DNA of 64,000 nt from Phallusia mammillata (lineage: Eukaryota): assembly GCA_965637545.1 (NCBI GenBank), contig OZ281497.1, positions 2,356,001-2,420,000 on the forward strand. The letters are read 5' to 3'. Both the position numbers and the translations under genes were made by a program. A model generated the notes under the pieces. It had not been told where the DNA came from. It searched no databases and saw only the letters and a program-made list of their open reading frames with translations. This document shows, piece by piece, positions 47,638-60,467 of the stretch. How positions within the stretch are numbered: position 1 is the first letter of the stretch; every line of letters begins with the position of its first letter.

Positions 47638-48754
47638 AGTTAATGTCCTGTCATGGTCAATGAAGATGTACGACTAGATTACGGATTATTTTTTGTCAAA
47701 AATACGTGTGTGCACATGTAACAATATATTAAGACTAATATTTAATCTGATTAAACTATAACTTACATTATTTTCTCGTGTGTGTTTTTGCTTTTGCTAG
47801 CGACAGCGGCGAGGATTTTTGCAAACATGCGGTTAAGCTAACTACTTGTTTGTAAAGCGTAGCAGACCAGGGAAAAAAATCAATCAAATAAATGATTCTC
47901 AAAAGTCGATTTGAAGGTGTTCCCTTTAAAAAAGTCAAATTATCTGCTTTTTTAATGTTGAACCAACCATCAGTTGATTAGGTATTGCAACAATTTATTC
48001 CCAAAGTTAAATATTTACATTTGGGACTAGTATTACCTGTTGACTCATAGTGTACTCTTAAACATTATGTACTCAATTTTTTACGTTATGTACTCATCTA
48101 CTTAAAGGTTATGCACTCATTTTTTTTTCATTTCTAAATATTTGTCGTACGGTCGGCTGACAGCTTGGTACGCAAAGCCGTCACGCTGAATGCATTTTTG
48201 CAGAGGGTGCTGCTGCAAAACAGCAACTGCGGCAACATAAACGCTAAAAGTGACTATTGTTGTTGTATTATTTCTGGCTGTATAGCACTGGTTGTCTTTT
48301 AATTTAATGCAAAGAATGGGATGGTTGTATTAATGAGAGACTGAAGAATTATTGGGAGCATAATCAAGTGCAAAGATATTTACATTGAATAAATAGCTAG
48401 TTAAACTTGCTTATATCAAACGTACGTTTGATAGCTGGCAATATCATGATCAATGGCATATTTTACAGTTAACGTGAAGAGCCAGGAAGTACTTGGGACG
48501 GCGTAGAACCGCTATCGACTTATGCTGCTTGACTTAGTTAGTGTTCACCATTGAAAAGCACAAACTACTGTTGATTTTAAGTCGGTTTCAATGTATACTT
48601 ATTTTCTACTTAAATCAACCTATTGTTTATATTAATGTAACGTGTTGTCTTGCTAATGTGTTCTTAATAGTATTCTAACATGTGTTAAATTGTTGCGGTT
48701 AGTATGCAGCTGTCCGCCATACTTTGCACACAGACACAGGCATGTGTTCTACAC

Positions 48755-49215
48755 CAGTGCTCTTTAATCGGTGTGCACGATATACATGAGGTGCACCAGT
48801 ACGAAGGGGTATACAAGGGTGCATCACAAACTTTTAATGAACCATTAATATTTGACTTTCAGGATATTAGAAAAAAGATGTAGGTTTCAAATGATGTGAC
48901 CCAAGGTAAACTTTTTTAATGTTTTATCCCCGTGTCAAGTTTGATAGTGTCTGTGTTACAGTCGGGTTATATTAGGTCATCGAGTTTTGGCTTTTTTTCC
49001 GGTGTTTCACAGAAAATTCGCGAACATATGCTTGGAGTATTGGTAGCAATTCATGCAATTTTTGCGAGCTCCGCTCGGTTTGATTGACATGATGATATGC
49101 ATAATGATTTTTCATATCGCTTTTATCTCAGTTAACCTTTTTAAGTAAACAGGGTGCATGAGTTCGTCACAACAACTTTAAGGGTTCACCAAGCCAAAAA
49201 AGGTTGAAGAGCACT
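48755..49215 (+). mobile_element. hAT-type MITE, same family as 1-344
   Basis: CAGTGCTCTTTAA... / ...GGTTGAAGAGCACT, with internal homology to 1-344. Confidence 0.75.
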
Positions 49216-49296
49216 TTTTTTTTTTTGTTTTTTTTTTTTGTCACTGCTGCGCACAAGTGACTATAAAAGTGTTTACAAACGGCGTTGACTAATGTA

Positions 49297-49380
49297 GCCT
49301 CATACCACTGATAATGGGATGAGAATTTGCCAAAACTTTTTGAGCATATCGCTTTACTCGTCTATTTGGGTCGTTATACT
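49297..49380 (+). mobile_element. Decayed copy of the hammerhead-bearing short repeat
   Basis: gcctcataccactgataatgggatgagaatttgccaaaact...tatttgggtcg has a mutated core. Confidence 0.55.
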
Positions 49381-49434
49381 GCATGGTCTTTAGACTAATG
49401 GTGTTATTGATTTGGGAAACGTTTGATGAAAAAT

Positions 49435-49560
49435 TATTATTAAATATGAATAATTATATATAATTATAATTAAGCCTATTATTAAATATGAATAATTATA
49501 TATAATTATAATTAAGCCTATTATTAAATATGAATAATTATATATAATTATAATTAAGCC
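49435..49560. repeat. AT-rich 42-bp tandem repeat, 3 copies
   Basis: TATTATTAAATATGAATAATTATATATAATTATAATTAAGCC x3. Confidence 0.9.
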
Positions 49561-49728
49561 TGTCGCAGTTACCAACCAGCATATATTTTGTACTTACATT
49601 CAAATACTTTTGAAGGCAAAAATGGGAGTACTTGCTACAATTTGGTTAGAGTTGTCTGTTTAACATTTGGATTTCTTACAGATTTTTTTGATTGTTTACT
49701 TTTTTACTCCAACGTGCTGTATAGGAAC

Positions 49729-50061
49729 ATGGTGTACCTAAAAATCATCATAGACAGAATTAACTTGCGTTTATCCTTTCACGTTGCCGACGCATATGTT
49801 GAAGAAGTTGACGAGATTGTGACAAAGTTACTGAAAAACCCGTTCAGGCCATTTTATGAACCAAACCGCGAGGAACAACCCAGCCACCGGGAATCCCAAA
49901 GCCGAACAAAATGTGTCATAAAGGGTCTTGTCTACGTAGCTGATTGGCAACAGACTATGTCAGTGAGCTTAATGGATGAACTGGAAAAAATTGATTGGGA
50001 ACTGAAAAGCGGAAAAAGTTTAGCGGAAGACGACGGGCTGCTGTTTTACAAAGACGACTGA
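49729..50061 (+). CDS. Uncharacterised small-protein family member C (110 aa, divergent)
   Basis: MVYLKIII...SVSLMDELEKIDWELKSGKSLAEDDGLLFYK, preceded by the acceptor tag/gaacATG. Confidence 0.75.
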   Translation: MVYLKIIIDRINLRLSFHVADAYVEEVDEIVTKLLKNPFRPFYEPNREEQPSHRESQSRTKCVIKGLVYVADWQQTMSVSLMDELEKIDWELKSGKSLAEDDGLLFYKDD

Positions 50062-50127
50062 TTTATTCTAAAAAAGTGCTGAAAATTTGATAATAACTTT
50101 GAAAAATTGAGATTGCATTTTATAACA

Positions 50128-50286
50128 CAGTAAAATCAATGGACGATAAAATCCTTGGTAAAACAGAATCAGTCGGTTCAAATAAAGGAATATATGGGCT
50201 ATAATCGCACTTGTGGCATTATCAGTTCCTGGAAATCGAAACAAAAATCGATGTAAAAATGGATTTTATCGTCCATTGGTTTACTG
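50128..50286. mobile_element. Foldback element with ~27-bp inverted arms (Tc1/mariner-like ends)
   Basis: CAGTAAAATCAATGGACGATAAAATCC / GGATTTTATCGTCCATTGGTTTACTG-TA. The right part and its flank are also homologous to about 7315-7440. Confidence 0.6.
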
Positions 50287-51039
50287 TATTATAGTTAAAA
50301 AGGCAACCTAAGCCATGCTGTTGACGATTTTGATCTATTACTAAAGTTGTCATTTTGGATTTCATACAGACTATTTTCTGATTGCAGTAATGCTAAACCA
50401 AATAACCTTAACCTTTTTCTTTTGTTGATAACTTAATAGATTTCGAACCTAAAATTCAACCTAAGTTCTTTGAGGCGATAATTTAACTCAACTAAAATTT
50501 GCCTATAACTTTGATTTTAACCCATAACATATGTCAAATTTTTCCTGGTCAAAGAAAATTCTAGTTAATATGTTGGCACTGGTCACATGATTCTGTGAAT
50601 CGCCGTGAAAGTTTGATGGTTTTATTTTTTGAGATTACACAATAAATTTCTAAAGAGCGTTGTGTTTTTACTACTTTAATCTGCAGCGGGTCGATTTATT
50701 CGAGATAAAAGGGTGCTTGGTAGGAGAAACTAGTGTATGGAGTAGTTGTTGATTACTTTTCAAAAACGAAGCTTCGCTCACGTTTTGAAATGAATACAAA
50801 CTATTTAACCCTGGTCTGTCAATCATGTTCTGCATTTTCAAGTTTTATCTCGCTTTAAAGAACTGTTTCAGATTTGTTGTATCACAAAAACGATTTGTTG
50901 TTTCGTTAGTGCAGGTTTTGAGAGCGGATGGTTAAGTCAGCATTAACAAAATGATGTACAATTGCTGTCACGTATCGCCGCAGTTTGCAAACATACTTAC
51001 TAGTCCATTGCAAGCAAACCTTGCAAAAAATAAAGCGGT

Positions 51040-51127
51040 GCAGTCACGAACATGGGAAACTCCCTACGAAATCAGTCTCGACACGGGTTTGTCACGTGAT
51101 TCGCGTGAAGTCTGCGCCACCAATCAG
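51040..51127 (+). promoter_or_regulatory. kB + GTCACGTGA module, copy 2, with candidate 5'UTR donor (upstream of B2)
   Basis: GGGAAACTCC at 51054, GTCACGTGA at 51091, CAG/GTAAAC at about 51127. Confidence 0.55.
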
Positions 51128-52260
51128 GTAAACATTTGTAAGTAATATTATTGCGCTTGTTCTTATTACATGTAGAGTCAACAAAAGAAACAAGCTGGTT
51201 GGCTTTTATTAACGGAAAAACTGTACCCATGGTTTATCTTTCTCAAGCGCGTAAACGGTAAAAAGAGTTGCAAGCTTAAATTAAAAATCACAGGCTTTGA
51301 TTCGATACACTGGCATTTTTGTTACGTTTTTATTTTGTCATCTATTTACGACGTCATAACATATTTCTATGTCGTGTTCGCTGTAACGAATTGTCGAGGG
51401 GACGTGGCCCCACGCTGCTGAGAAACCGGCAAGTTGGAGTTGGAGTTGGTGTTGAACGGTGGTTGTGTCGAGACTGTATATCTGCGCTGCTTGCCTTTTT
51501 ATCGTTTTACTCTATTAATACAAGTTAATTTGGGTACTGACAGCCCGTTATTGCAGCAGAACCAAACAAAGGCGTAACATTTTCACCTACGTTTCGACTT
51601 GATTCGAGCTCGGCCTTTTTTAATTGGGTTCGGGCTGAAGTTGTGGTTTGTATTTTTCGGTTCCGGCCCCAATGTCATGCCCTATAGCTCTTACTACTTC
51701 GGGCGATGTTTCTTAACATGTTACTGCATAGTTGGGTCAATGGGCAGTTTTGATAATACAAATCTAATTAATGCGAAAACTATTATTTTGCAGACTTATG
51801 AAAAACTGGCTATTAGAGCTGGTGTTGCGTTTTTGTAATTAAACAACAATATAATCGGGTTTCATATAACCTCTTAGAGTGTATACCCCACATGCGGGGA
51901 ACATAAATATCATTCGGTATACCATGTCATGCGTTAACAGCCTTCACGAAAGAAGGCCAATTTAAACAAGATTGTAATATTTGTGCAGCAGCGGCTTGAG
52001 ATGCTAAGTTAAACACTAAACGCCATAAGATACTTCACAGCAGAAAAAGCAGCCTAGCACAAACGATGTACATGTTTTGAACAAAGATAGCTTTTGAAAA
52101 AAGGAGCGGATAAACAAAAGGGATTTGAAACAGTTTTGACGGTAGCGAATAAAAAAAAGGAAGGACAATAAATGTATGTAGCCTCAGGCCATTGTTATTT
52201 TTAATTCTTTTGATTTTGCAGTCTTCATATCATCAAACGAAGTTGTGTATTAGTTTTAAA

Positions 52261-52590
52261 ATGCTGACTTACGTGAAAATGTATCTGAGTCGGACCGGTG
52301 ACAAATCGTACCTGTCAGTTATATTTCCAAACGTTTTGGAGGAATTTGTAACTAATCAGCTAACACAGGGATTTGCAATTAGAGATTGTGAAGGTCCTTC
52401 CGGTTCAAAGGGTGTTGGAGTTCAAATAATTGAATTTGGACTTAATACAAACTTCAAAAACGAAAACGCCCCAAATGTCCAGTTGATGAACCTTGGAATA
52501 ATACACAAAATGGCAAATGAAGGATTTCGCCCCATAGATGGCTGTAATGCATTCAGTGAAAAAGGAATCTTATTTGAAGAATTGCAATAA
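52261..52590 (+). CDS. Uncharacterised small-protein family member B2 (109 aa)
   Basis: MLTYVKMYL...MNLGIIHKMANEGFRPIDGCNAFSEKGILFEELQ. Confidence 0.85.
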   Translation: MLTYVKMYLSRTGDKSYLSVIFPNVLEEFVTNQLTQGFAIRDCEGPSGSKGVGVQIIEFGLNTNFKNENAPNVQLMNLGIIHKMANEGFRPIDGCNAFSEKGILFEELQ

Positions 52591-52926
52591 AGTTGATGTT
52601 TTGTCATGTTCATGTAAAACTGTAAGATTTAACTGGAAACAATGTTTGACAAAAAAGCATCGGTGTAAAAGCATGTGGTATCTTTTCATTCGGTAATTTT
52701 ACGCAAATATATTTGTAACTTGATGAATTGTGTTTATTATTAATAAAACAGATTGTAAAAGTTGTAAAAAATTTCTAGATCCCCAAAACGACTTTTGATT
52801 GAAGGTTAATAACTTTTGACCAAAGGTAAATATTACAAACAAGCTGTTACATTGCTGATATCGCTGCAGTTGACAAGCAAACTTCACTTGCCTGTTGCGA
52901 ACAGACGTTTCAGTAAGTACAAAAGT

Positions 52927-53020
52927 GCAGTCGCCAACACGGGAAACTCCCTGCAAAACTAAAGTCTCGACACGAGTTTATCACGTGATGTGATAAATAA
53001 GTCTGCGTCACCAAGCAGGT
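52927..53020 (+). promoter_or_regulatory. kB + TCACGTGA module, copy 3 (upstream of B3)
   Basis: GGGAAACTCC at 52941, TCACGTGA at 52981, CAG/GTAAAC donor. Confidence 0.55.
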
Positions 53021-54165
53021 AAACGTTGACAAGTAATAAAAAATTGTCCTTGCTGCATAAAGAGTTAACTACAGAAACAATTTATTTGACGGCCAGAGGT
53101 GTTTAGGTGAGTGCTGAATCAAGCAACATTATATAATCTGATCTCGTTAACCTTTTGGAATTTATATTTGACATACTTGAACACAAATATCATTCGGTGT
53201 ACCATGCTGTGCGTTGACAGGCATCACGAAAGCAGGTCAATTAATACAATATTGTATAAATATTTGTGCAATAGTGGCTTCAGCTGCTGATGAAACATTA
53301 AACGCAATGAGTTACTTCAAAGCAGAAGAGCAGCCTACCACAAACGATGCACAGGTTTTAAACAAAGATTTAGTTCTTGAAAAGAGAAACAGAGAAACAA
53401 AAGAGACAGGAAATGTTGTGCTTTTAAGAACTTAAAAGAAGACTTGTGCTTTTAAGAACTTTAATACACTGCCATACATAGTTAACTGAATGCTTCATAC
53501 GCCACGCAACCAGCTGGGTGTTCTACAAACTAGGCCGCCGGTTGGAAAATAATCTGATAACGATTAGTTAACGTGTGTATTGGTCACGTTGCGTCAAGGT
53601 TCGAAATTGCTTGATACAGAAAAATGACTAAAAGCTTGGGACTGTGTGTCAACGTACGTATTAAAACCAGTAAAAATATGGATTTTGTGGTGGTGTAGGC
53701 CTATGCGTTACGGAACTATTTTGGGCTCAAACTATCGGGAATATCTCACCATCAAAGTCAAATATACAGCGCACTGGTTTAATATTAGGCGGTAAAACAT
53801 TATTAAAACTATAAAATCAACAGCAATAAAAATACGTTAAACCGAAAAGCTCGTGGCAATCTTCAGCCAACACCTCGAGTTACCTGCGCCATCCAGAGAA
53901 AAAGCCTTTTTTTTACAAAACAGAAGGTTGCTTCCTTAAGTACCTGATTGGCAAAGCAGCGCAACTTGTGCAGCTCCACAGGTAAAGGAAGGAAATGCTA
54001 ATAACGTTTCACAAATCAAACAAAACAGAAGAAAAGAAATGTGCGTGACAGTGCCAAATCAGGAAAACAATATACAACAAACGATTATAGTACGCCAGGC
54101 CTATTAAAGGCGTTTTACCGAATCAGCCGGTCTTCCCAGCATTCCCATATGGATAGAAAAGCCTA

Positions 54166-54252
54166 GGCTGGAATAATTTAGGGTTACTTTTCAAGAATAA
54201 GGCTTAGCTTTAACTTTGAAATGAAATTACAATAAAAACGTTTGTTGTTCAT
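54166..54252 (+). pseudogene. 3' remnant of a D-type small-family gene
   Basis: Translates to GWNNLGLLFKNKA*L*L*NEITIKTFVVH and aligns at nucleotide level to the 3' ends of D1 and D2. Confidence 0.65.
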
Positions 54253-54897
54253 TATTATATTGTTCATTGTTTGTTGTTCATTGTATTATGTTTGTGTGTT
54301 AAAACTTATTTGGCTAACAACAATGCACTGCATTGTTTGAATTTTATAGCGTTTTGTTGTTGAGCTGTTTGATGGCTATTTAGAATTCTGTTTGTTTTTC
54401 ATTTTGTTTGACTGTTTTCATATCGAACAATGCAAACAGCGACTAAGGTCAGGAGGCGAAATAATTTCCCTTTAACAACACTGTCAACGTATTTTGTGCA
54501 AAAGGTGAACCAGGCCTATTATGCAGGTTGGCGTTGTAGCTGGACCAGTATATAAATTACAATACGGCAGTAAGTCTGTTGAGCTAAGAGAAAACATAAA
54601 TGTTTTGCGCATAGATGTTTGAATGCATGGTCAAATTTGATTTGGTAAAAGTTGTAACAAGATAGCCAAATCACGTATTGTTTACAAATTATAATTAAAA
54701 AATATATACGAAAAACGGGAATTTAAAAAGAGGAGAGGGCAAATAAACAAGTAAAAAGTCAGTTTATCAGCCAGCAAGGAATGCTTTTTACCACACAATC
54801 AACTTGGTTACTTGAAAAAAAAATTGTAGTCTAATTATTAATTATTTTTTAGTCTTGATATCATCGAACGAAGTTATCGCAGTGCATAAGTTGAAAT

Positions 54898-55278
54898 ATG
54901 ACTTACGTGAAAATGTATCTGGATCGTCCAAGCGACAACCCTGGACCTTTGGGAACTGGTCAACCGGTTATGGTGGTTATATTTCCAGAAAGTCTGGAGA
55001 AATTTGTAAATAATGAGTTAACCACGGATTTGGGGATTGGAGATCGTAACGTTTTTTCTGATTCAAAACGTTGCGAAGTTCAGAAAGTTCAATTTGGACT
55101 TCCAACGAACTTCGTAAACAAGAACGACCTTTCAGCCCAAATGGTCAATCTCGAAATAACACACAGAATGGCTAAGCAAGGATTTCGGCCAATAGATGGG
55201 TTTAATGCATTCAGTACCAATGGAGTTCTGTTTGAAAATTGCGACAAGAAAGTTGATGTTATGTCATACTCCTCGTGA
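54898..55278 (+). CDS. Uncharacterised small-protein family member B3 (126 aa)
   Basis: MTYVKMYL...VNLEITHRMAKQGFRPIDGFNAFSTNGVLFE. Confidence 0.85.
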   Translation: MTYVKMYLDRPSDNPGPLGTGQPVMVVIFPESLEKFVNNELTTDLGIGDRNVFSDSKRCEVQKVQFGLPTNFVNKNDLSAQMVNLEITHRMAKQGFRPIDGFNAFSTNGVLFENCDKKVDVMSYSS

Positions 55279-56082
55279 AGCTGTGTAATGTAATTGCAAG
55301 CGATTTCAATAAAACTGCATCTGTATAAATGTATGTTGCATTTTGTAATTTGTTTGTTTTGCCCTGATAAATCTTGTACATGCAAAATAAAATGAAGTCA
55401 AGGTTTTATCGTTACTTGAACAGACGTTGTAGAAAAAAGTGGGGTTGCAAACGTGTGAAATTCTTGCGCAACCTAAGTGTATCACATGACTTATAAAAAG
55501 CCCAGGCCATCTATAGCGGTTCTCTTTAAATAAGAAACTGATACTGTTGGTAATGTCTAACGACGAAATGCTTGTGTTTCATGAACTAAATACACTGCAA
55601 TATAGTTCATTATACATATGCATACACCACGCCATTGCACACAAGACATAGGTAAACAGAACGCTTAACTCTAAGCAAGCGTTGTAGGCTAGGATTGGTA
55701 AAAAGTTGATCTACGTACTGAGCAAGATATCGCTTTACTGCGGAAAACCCCTCAAAATAGTTCAAAATGTTTTAACTATGTTTTTAGTTAGGTAAGTGTT
55801 GACATAACTTCAATAGAAAGAATAGGAAAGTCAGGTTTTCTTTATTAGCTTAGGCCATAACAACAAATGACTAAAACTTATGCCTTTCTTAACCATATGA
55901 ATCAAAAGAGTGCAGGCATTACAAAGGTTTTAAAACAAATAGATCTTTATATAATATTTTCTTTTAAAGACGTATATTTCAAAGGGTTGTTTGGAGGAAT
56001 CTTGGATTATTCAGAACAATTTAACATAATTTTATAATTTGCAGCAATTTAAAAGAATTGAAGGAATTGTTTACTAGCATAA

Positions 56083-56469
56083 ATGGTTTACATGAAAATC
56101 CATAAAGCAGACCTTAGAGATGTTCAATTTAACGCTTTAGTCCCACATCGGCTTTTAACTCAGGTTGTAGCAGATTTGAATATCGTAATGCTACCACAAC
56201 ACTTCAACCTGTCCAGAGATTTGTCACCAATTGATAATTCAAATGTCCAAATCAATGTTTTGGAGTATTCACTAATAAGTGATCATGAGGATGACAAATG
56301 GTGAAAAACATTTAACGTACAGCTGATCAATTTACTGGAGATGAAAGGATGGAATTCGGTGGACGGAACTAGTGTCTGGAATAATTCTGGATTACTTTTC
56401 AAGAAGGAAGCTTTGCTCCAGTTGTGAAGTGAAATTACAGTAAAATCGTTTGTTGTTCGTTTGACATAA
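56083..56469 (+). pseudogene. Small-family D-type gene D1 with in-frame TGA codon(s)
   Basis: MVYMKIHK... The frame continues through TGA 56302-56304 into NVQLINLLEMKGWNSVDG..WNNSGLLFKK. A second TGA is at 56425-56427. Confidence 0.8.
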
Positions 56470-56684
56470 AACGTCTGTCAATTATATACTGCCATTTCAA
56501 ATTTTATTGTGTTTTAATGTCAAGCTGTTTTAAAAATGACTTGCTGGTTCGTTAGTGCAAGTTTTGAACGCGGGGGGGTTGAGTGAATATTATCAACAGG
56601 GTGTAAAGTTGCTGTTATATCGCTGCAGTTGGCAACATACTTCACTTGACCTTTGCAAACAAACGTTGCAAAAAGTACAAAACC

Positions 56685-56746
56685 GCAGTCGCGAACATGG
56701 GAAACTACCGACAAAACTAATGTCTCGACACGAGTTTGTCACGTGA
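56685..56746 (+). promoter_or_regulatory. kB-like + GTCACGTGA module, copy 4 (upstream of B4)
   Basis: GGGAAACTAC (one mismatch) at 56699, GTCACGTGA at 56738. Confidence 0.45.
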
Positions 56747-57614
56747 TGTCAAAATTTTTATTCGGGATTGAAATTCACACGCGTGAGTGTTTATCTTAGG
56801 ACCGTGCGCTTTCGAGTCTGGGTCGGGTTGGGTTAGGGCTTCAGTCCCAATAACACAGGCTAGTTAAACATTAAACTTGGGAAAAAAATAAAAAATATAG
56901 ACTTTGTAGTGGTATATGTGTTACGGAATTATTTTGGGCCCGAACCCCGTCCTGTTTCTTAAATTTAGGGAATTGGCTTTGTTATGGATTTTGGGTTTGT
57001 ACTTTTGGGTTCGGGCCCCAATTTTATGCCCTCTTACAACTGTGAGCGACGTTTCTAACATGTTACTCCATGGTTAGGTAGTTTTAATAAACAAAAATCT
57101 ACCTAAAGCGAAAATTATTATTATGCAGACTTATGAAATGCTGGTGATTAAAGCTACTTCAGTTGGTGTTGCGTTTTTGCATTTAAACAATATTATAACA
57201 TCACATAAACTTTTGGAATTTATATCTCACATGCGGTACATACCTATTATTCGGTATATCATGTCATGCGTTAACATCTTTCACAAAAGAAGGTCAATTT
57301 GAACGAGATTGTAATATTTGTGCAACAGCGGCTTGAGATGCTATTAACTATAGTTAAACATTACACGCCATGAAGATACTTCACAACAGAGAAAACAGCC
57401 TAGCACAATCGATGTACATGTTTTGAACAAAGATTAGGCTCTTGAAAAAAGGAAAGGAGAAACAAATGAATAACAAGATCAAATGAACGAAACCTTTTTG
57501 AGGGGAAGGAAACAATCAACAAAGAATGTATGTAGCCACAAGTCGCACTTGTTTTTAATTCTTTTTATCTTGCAGTCTTGCTATCATCATACGAAATTGT
57601 GCATCAGTCGAAGC

Positions 57615-57932
57615 ATGTCGTACGTTAAAATGTATCGAGATAATGCTCCCGACAACAGACAGATTTTGTCCGTTGTATTTTCAAAAAAATGGAGTGGGTT
57701 CGTCACAAGTGGATTAAAGGAATTGGGCATAGAAATTCAATCCGCTGTTGATTCGGAAAATGGTCAAGTTCAGAAAGTTGAATTTAAATTTCCCATCGAC
57801 TTTGCAAATAATTGTTTCTTTGAAATGAAGAACGTTGAAATAATGCAACTAATGGCAAAGCAAGGATTTCGGCCCATAGATGGATTTAATGCATTCAGTG
57901 AAAATGGAGTTCTGTTTGAACTACTTCAATAA
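57615..57932 (+). CDS. Uncharacterised small-protein family member B4 (105 aa)
   Basis: MSYVKMYR...KNVEIMQLMAKQGFRPIDGFNAFSENGVLFELLQ. Confidence 0.85.
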   Translation: MSYVKMYRDNAPDNRQILSVVFSKKWSGFVTSGLKELGIEIQSAVDSENGQVQKVEFKFPIDFANNCFFEMKNVEIMQLMAKQGFRPIDGFNAFSENGVLFELLQ

Positions 57933-59511
57933 ACTTGATGTTTTGTCATGATCAGTGTAAAGCTGCACGGTATAATTAAAAATGATTTTTTAAACGCATT
58001 TGTGCAAATGTATGTGGCATTGTTTTTTCGTTAATTGACTTTGATAAATCCGTAACATGCTGAATGTGACTCCATACGGTTTTATCGTTATTTGAACAGA
58101 CGTGGCAGAAAAAAACGAGATGCTAAACCAAAACTCCTTGTGCAAAAAATGTATTTTACGTGACTTATGAAATAGGCCTATTTATAGCGGTTCTCTCATA
58201 AAAAGATACTATCAATGGTGTTAAAGTAATTTTTTTAAATTTCAAAAAAATAAAACAGAACGAAAAATGACTCATGCTTTCATGAACTTTGATACACTGC
58301 CATATAATGCATAGTTAATTGAATGCTTCATAGGCCACGCAAACAGTTGGGTGTTTCTACAAACTAGGCCGCCGGTTATAAAGTAATCTGACGATTAGTT
58401 AACATGTGTATGATTGGCCACGTGGCGTCCTTGTCAATATGGTTCGAAATCGTTTGACAAAGAAAAATGATTTAAAGCATAGGACTGTATGTCAACGTAC
58501 GTATTATCTATAAAATTTAAAAGAACTAAAAAAGATTGCTTATAGGGGCAAACGGTTTAGTTTTACATTTGCAATAAACCTCCTCTAACGTATGTCCAAA
58601 ATGATTTTCGCCTCACCCTATAGTTGCTTATTTGTAAATGGACATCTAAAATAATTAAAAAGTATAAGTTTATTTTTGTAACTAACACTCTAAAACAACA
58701 GATGCATGTCAAAATGTTATTTTTTTGTGATTGTTGCCATCTAACTTTGTTTTCCGATACTCAACTGCCAGAAACTAGACATAGGTAAACAGAATGTTAA
58801 ACATTAACTTAAAGCAAACTCCACACCACTTGCTTATCTAAGTTGTTCTACGTTTTAAGTAAGGTATTAATTTGCTGTGGAATGAGCCCATGAAATAATT
58901 AATATATATTTTTATAATTATATTAAATAATTAATATTAGTCGTATATTTTTAATTTTTAGAATTTTTTTGGTATGTTGTTTTCTAAGGTATGTTGTTTT
59001 CTGTTTTCTAAATTTTTTTAATATGTTGTTTTCTTTTTTTTGGTATGTTGTTTTCTTTTTTTGGTATGTTGTTTTCTAAGTGTTAAAATGACTTCAGTAG
59101 GGAGAATAGGAGAGCCAGGTTTACTCTATTAGTTTGTGCTGAATGACAGCATCAAAATTTCAAAAAATGACTAAAACTTATTTTTTTTACCATGTTAACC
59201 AGGAAAATGGCATTTTTACCTCAGGAAAAAAACATAACATAAAGCATTGTGCTTATCAGTAGACCATTCAACTTTTTACATGAAACCAAATGATTGTATT
59301 GTAGCAATTACAAAAAAGTTTTAACACAGCAAAACTGCAGGCATTACAAAGGTTTTAAAATATGTATTACCTTTTGTACAATAATTTCCTTTCAAAGACA
59401 TTTTACCTCGAAAGTGTTATTTCGAGAATATTCTTTTATTCTTAAATATTTAACGTAACTTTATGATTTGCAGCAATTGAAAAGATTTAAAGGAATTGTT
59501 TACTAGCATAA

Positions 59512-59894
59512 ATGGTTTACATGAAAATCCATAAAGCGGACCTTAGAGATGTGCAATTTAACGTTTTAGTACCACATCGTCTTTTACTCAGGTTGAAGCA
59601 GACCTGAATCTCGTAATGCTACCACAACACTTCAACGTGTCCAGAGATTTGTCACCAATTGATGGTGCAGTTGTCCAAATCAATGTTTTGGAGTATTTAC
59701 TAACAAGTGGTCATAAGAATGAAAAATGGCAAAAAACACTTAACATACAGCTGATCAATTTATTGGAGATGAAAGGATGGAATTTTGTAGGCGGAACTGT
59801 CTGGAATAATTCTGGATTACTTTTCAAGAAGGAAGCTTTGCTCCAGTTGCAAAGTGAAATTACAGTAAAAACGTTTGTTGTTCGTTTGACATAA
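59512..59894 (+). pseudogene. Small-family D-type gene D2 with a 1-nt frameshift
   Basis: ATG GTT TAC ATG AAA at 59512. CTTTTACTCAG versus D1 CTTTTAACTCAG shows one A missing near 59586. The rest is open (ORF 59616-59894). A sequencing error cannot be excluded. Confidence 0.75.
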
Positions 59895-60046
59895 AACGTC
59901 TGTCAATTATGTACTGCTATTTCCAGCTTCATCATGTTTTGATGTTGAGCTGTTTTTGAACTGGTTAAGATTGGTTGTGTCACAAAAGTGATTTGCTGCT
60001 TCGTTCATTATATCGATGCAGTTGGCAAGCAAACTTTGCAAAACTA

Positions 60047-60459
60047 CCGTATTTGCTCGATTGTAAGCCGCGGCTTATATTGTTTTTTAGCTGTCGTTTG
60101 TGCGGCTTATAATCGAGGGCGGCTTACAATCGAGGGCGGCTTATATTTTAATTTTATACCGAAATCATTTCTACACTCCAACATTTTAAATTATTTGGGG
60201 TTCAAAACATGTATGCATGTACAGATTATACGTCGATATACGTTCTGTCGGGTACAGTTATTAACGTAACTAACAGATATGGGCAAATAGTCATACCATA
60301 TAACTACAGAATGATGTATTAGGAAACAATCGTATCTAAAATTCCAGCGTGCGGCTTACAATCGAGGGCGGCTTACATTATTTTATTAACACCTCAACAT
60401 GCGGCTTACAATCGAGGGCGGCTTATAAACGAGGGCGGCTTACAATCGAGCAAATACGG
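60047..60459. mobile_element. Tc1/mariner-superfamily (pogo/Tc2-like) MITE, 413 bp
   Basis: TA-CCGTATTTGCTCGATTGTAAGCCGC ... GCGGCTTACAATCGAGCAAATACGG-TA, with subterminal GCGGCTTACAATCGAGG repeats. Confidence 0.9.
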
Positions 60460-60467
60460 TACATAAG

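Noticed and set aside
49390-49575. 61-aa repetitive ORF
   Set aside because: It is an artefact of the stop-free 42-bp tandem repeat.
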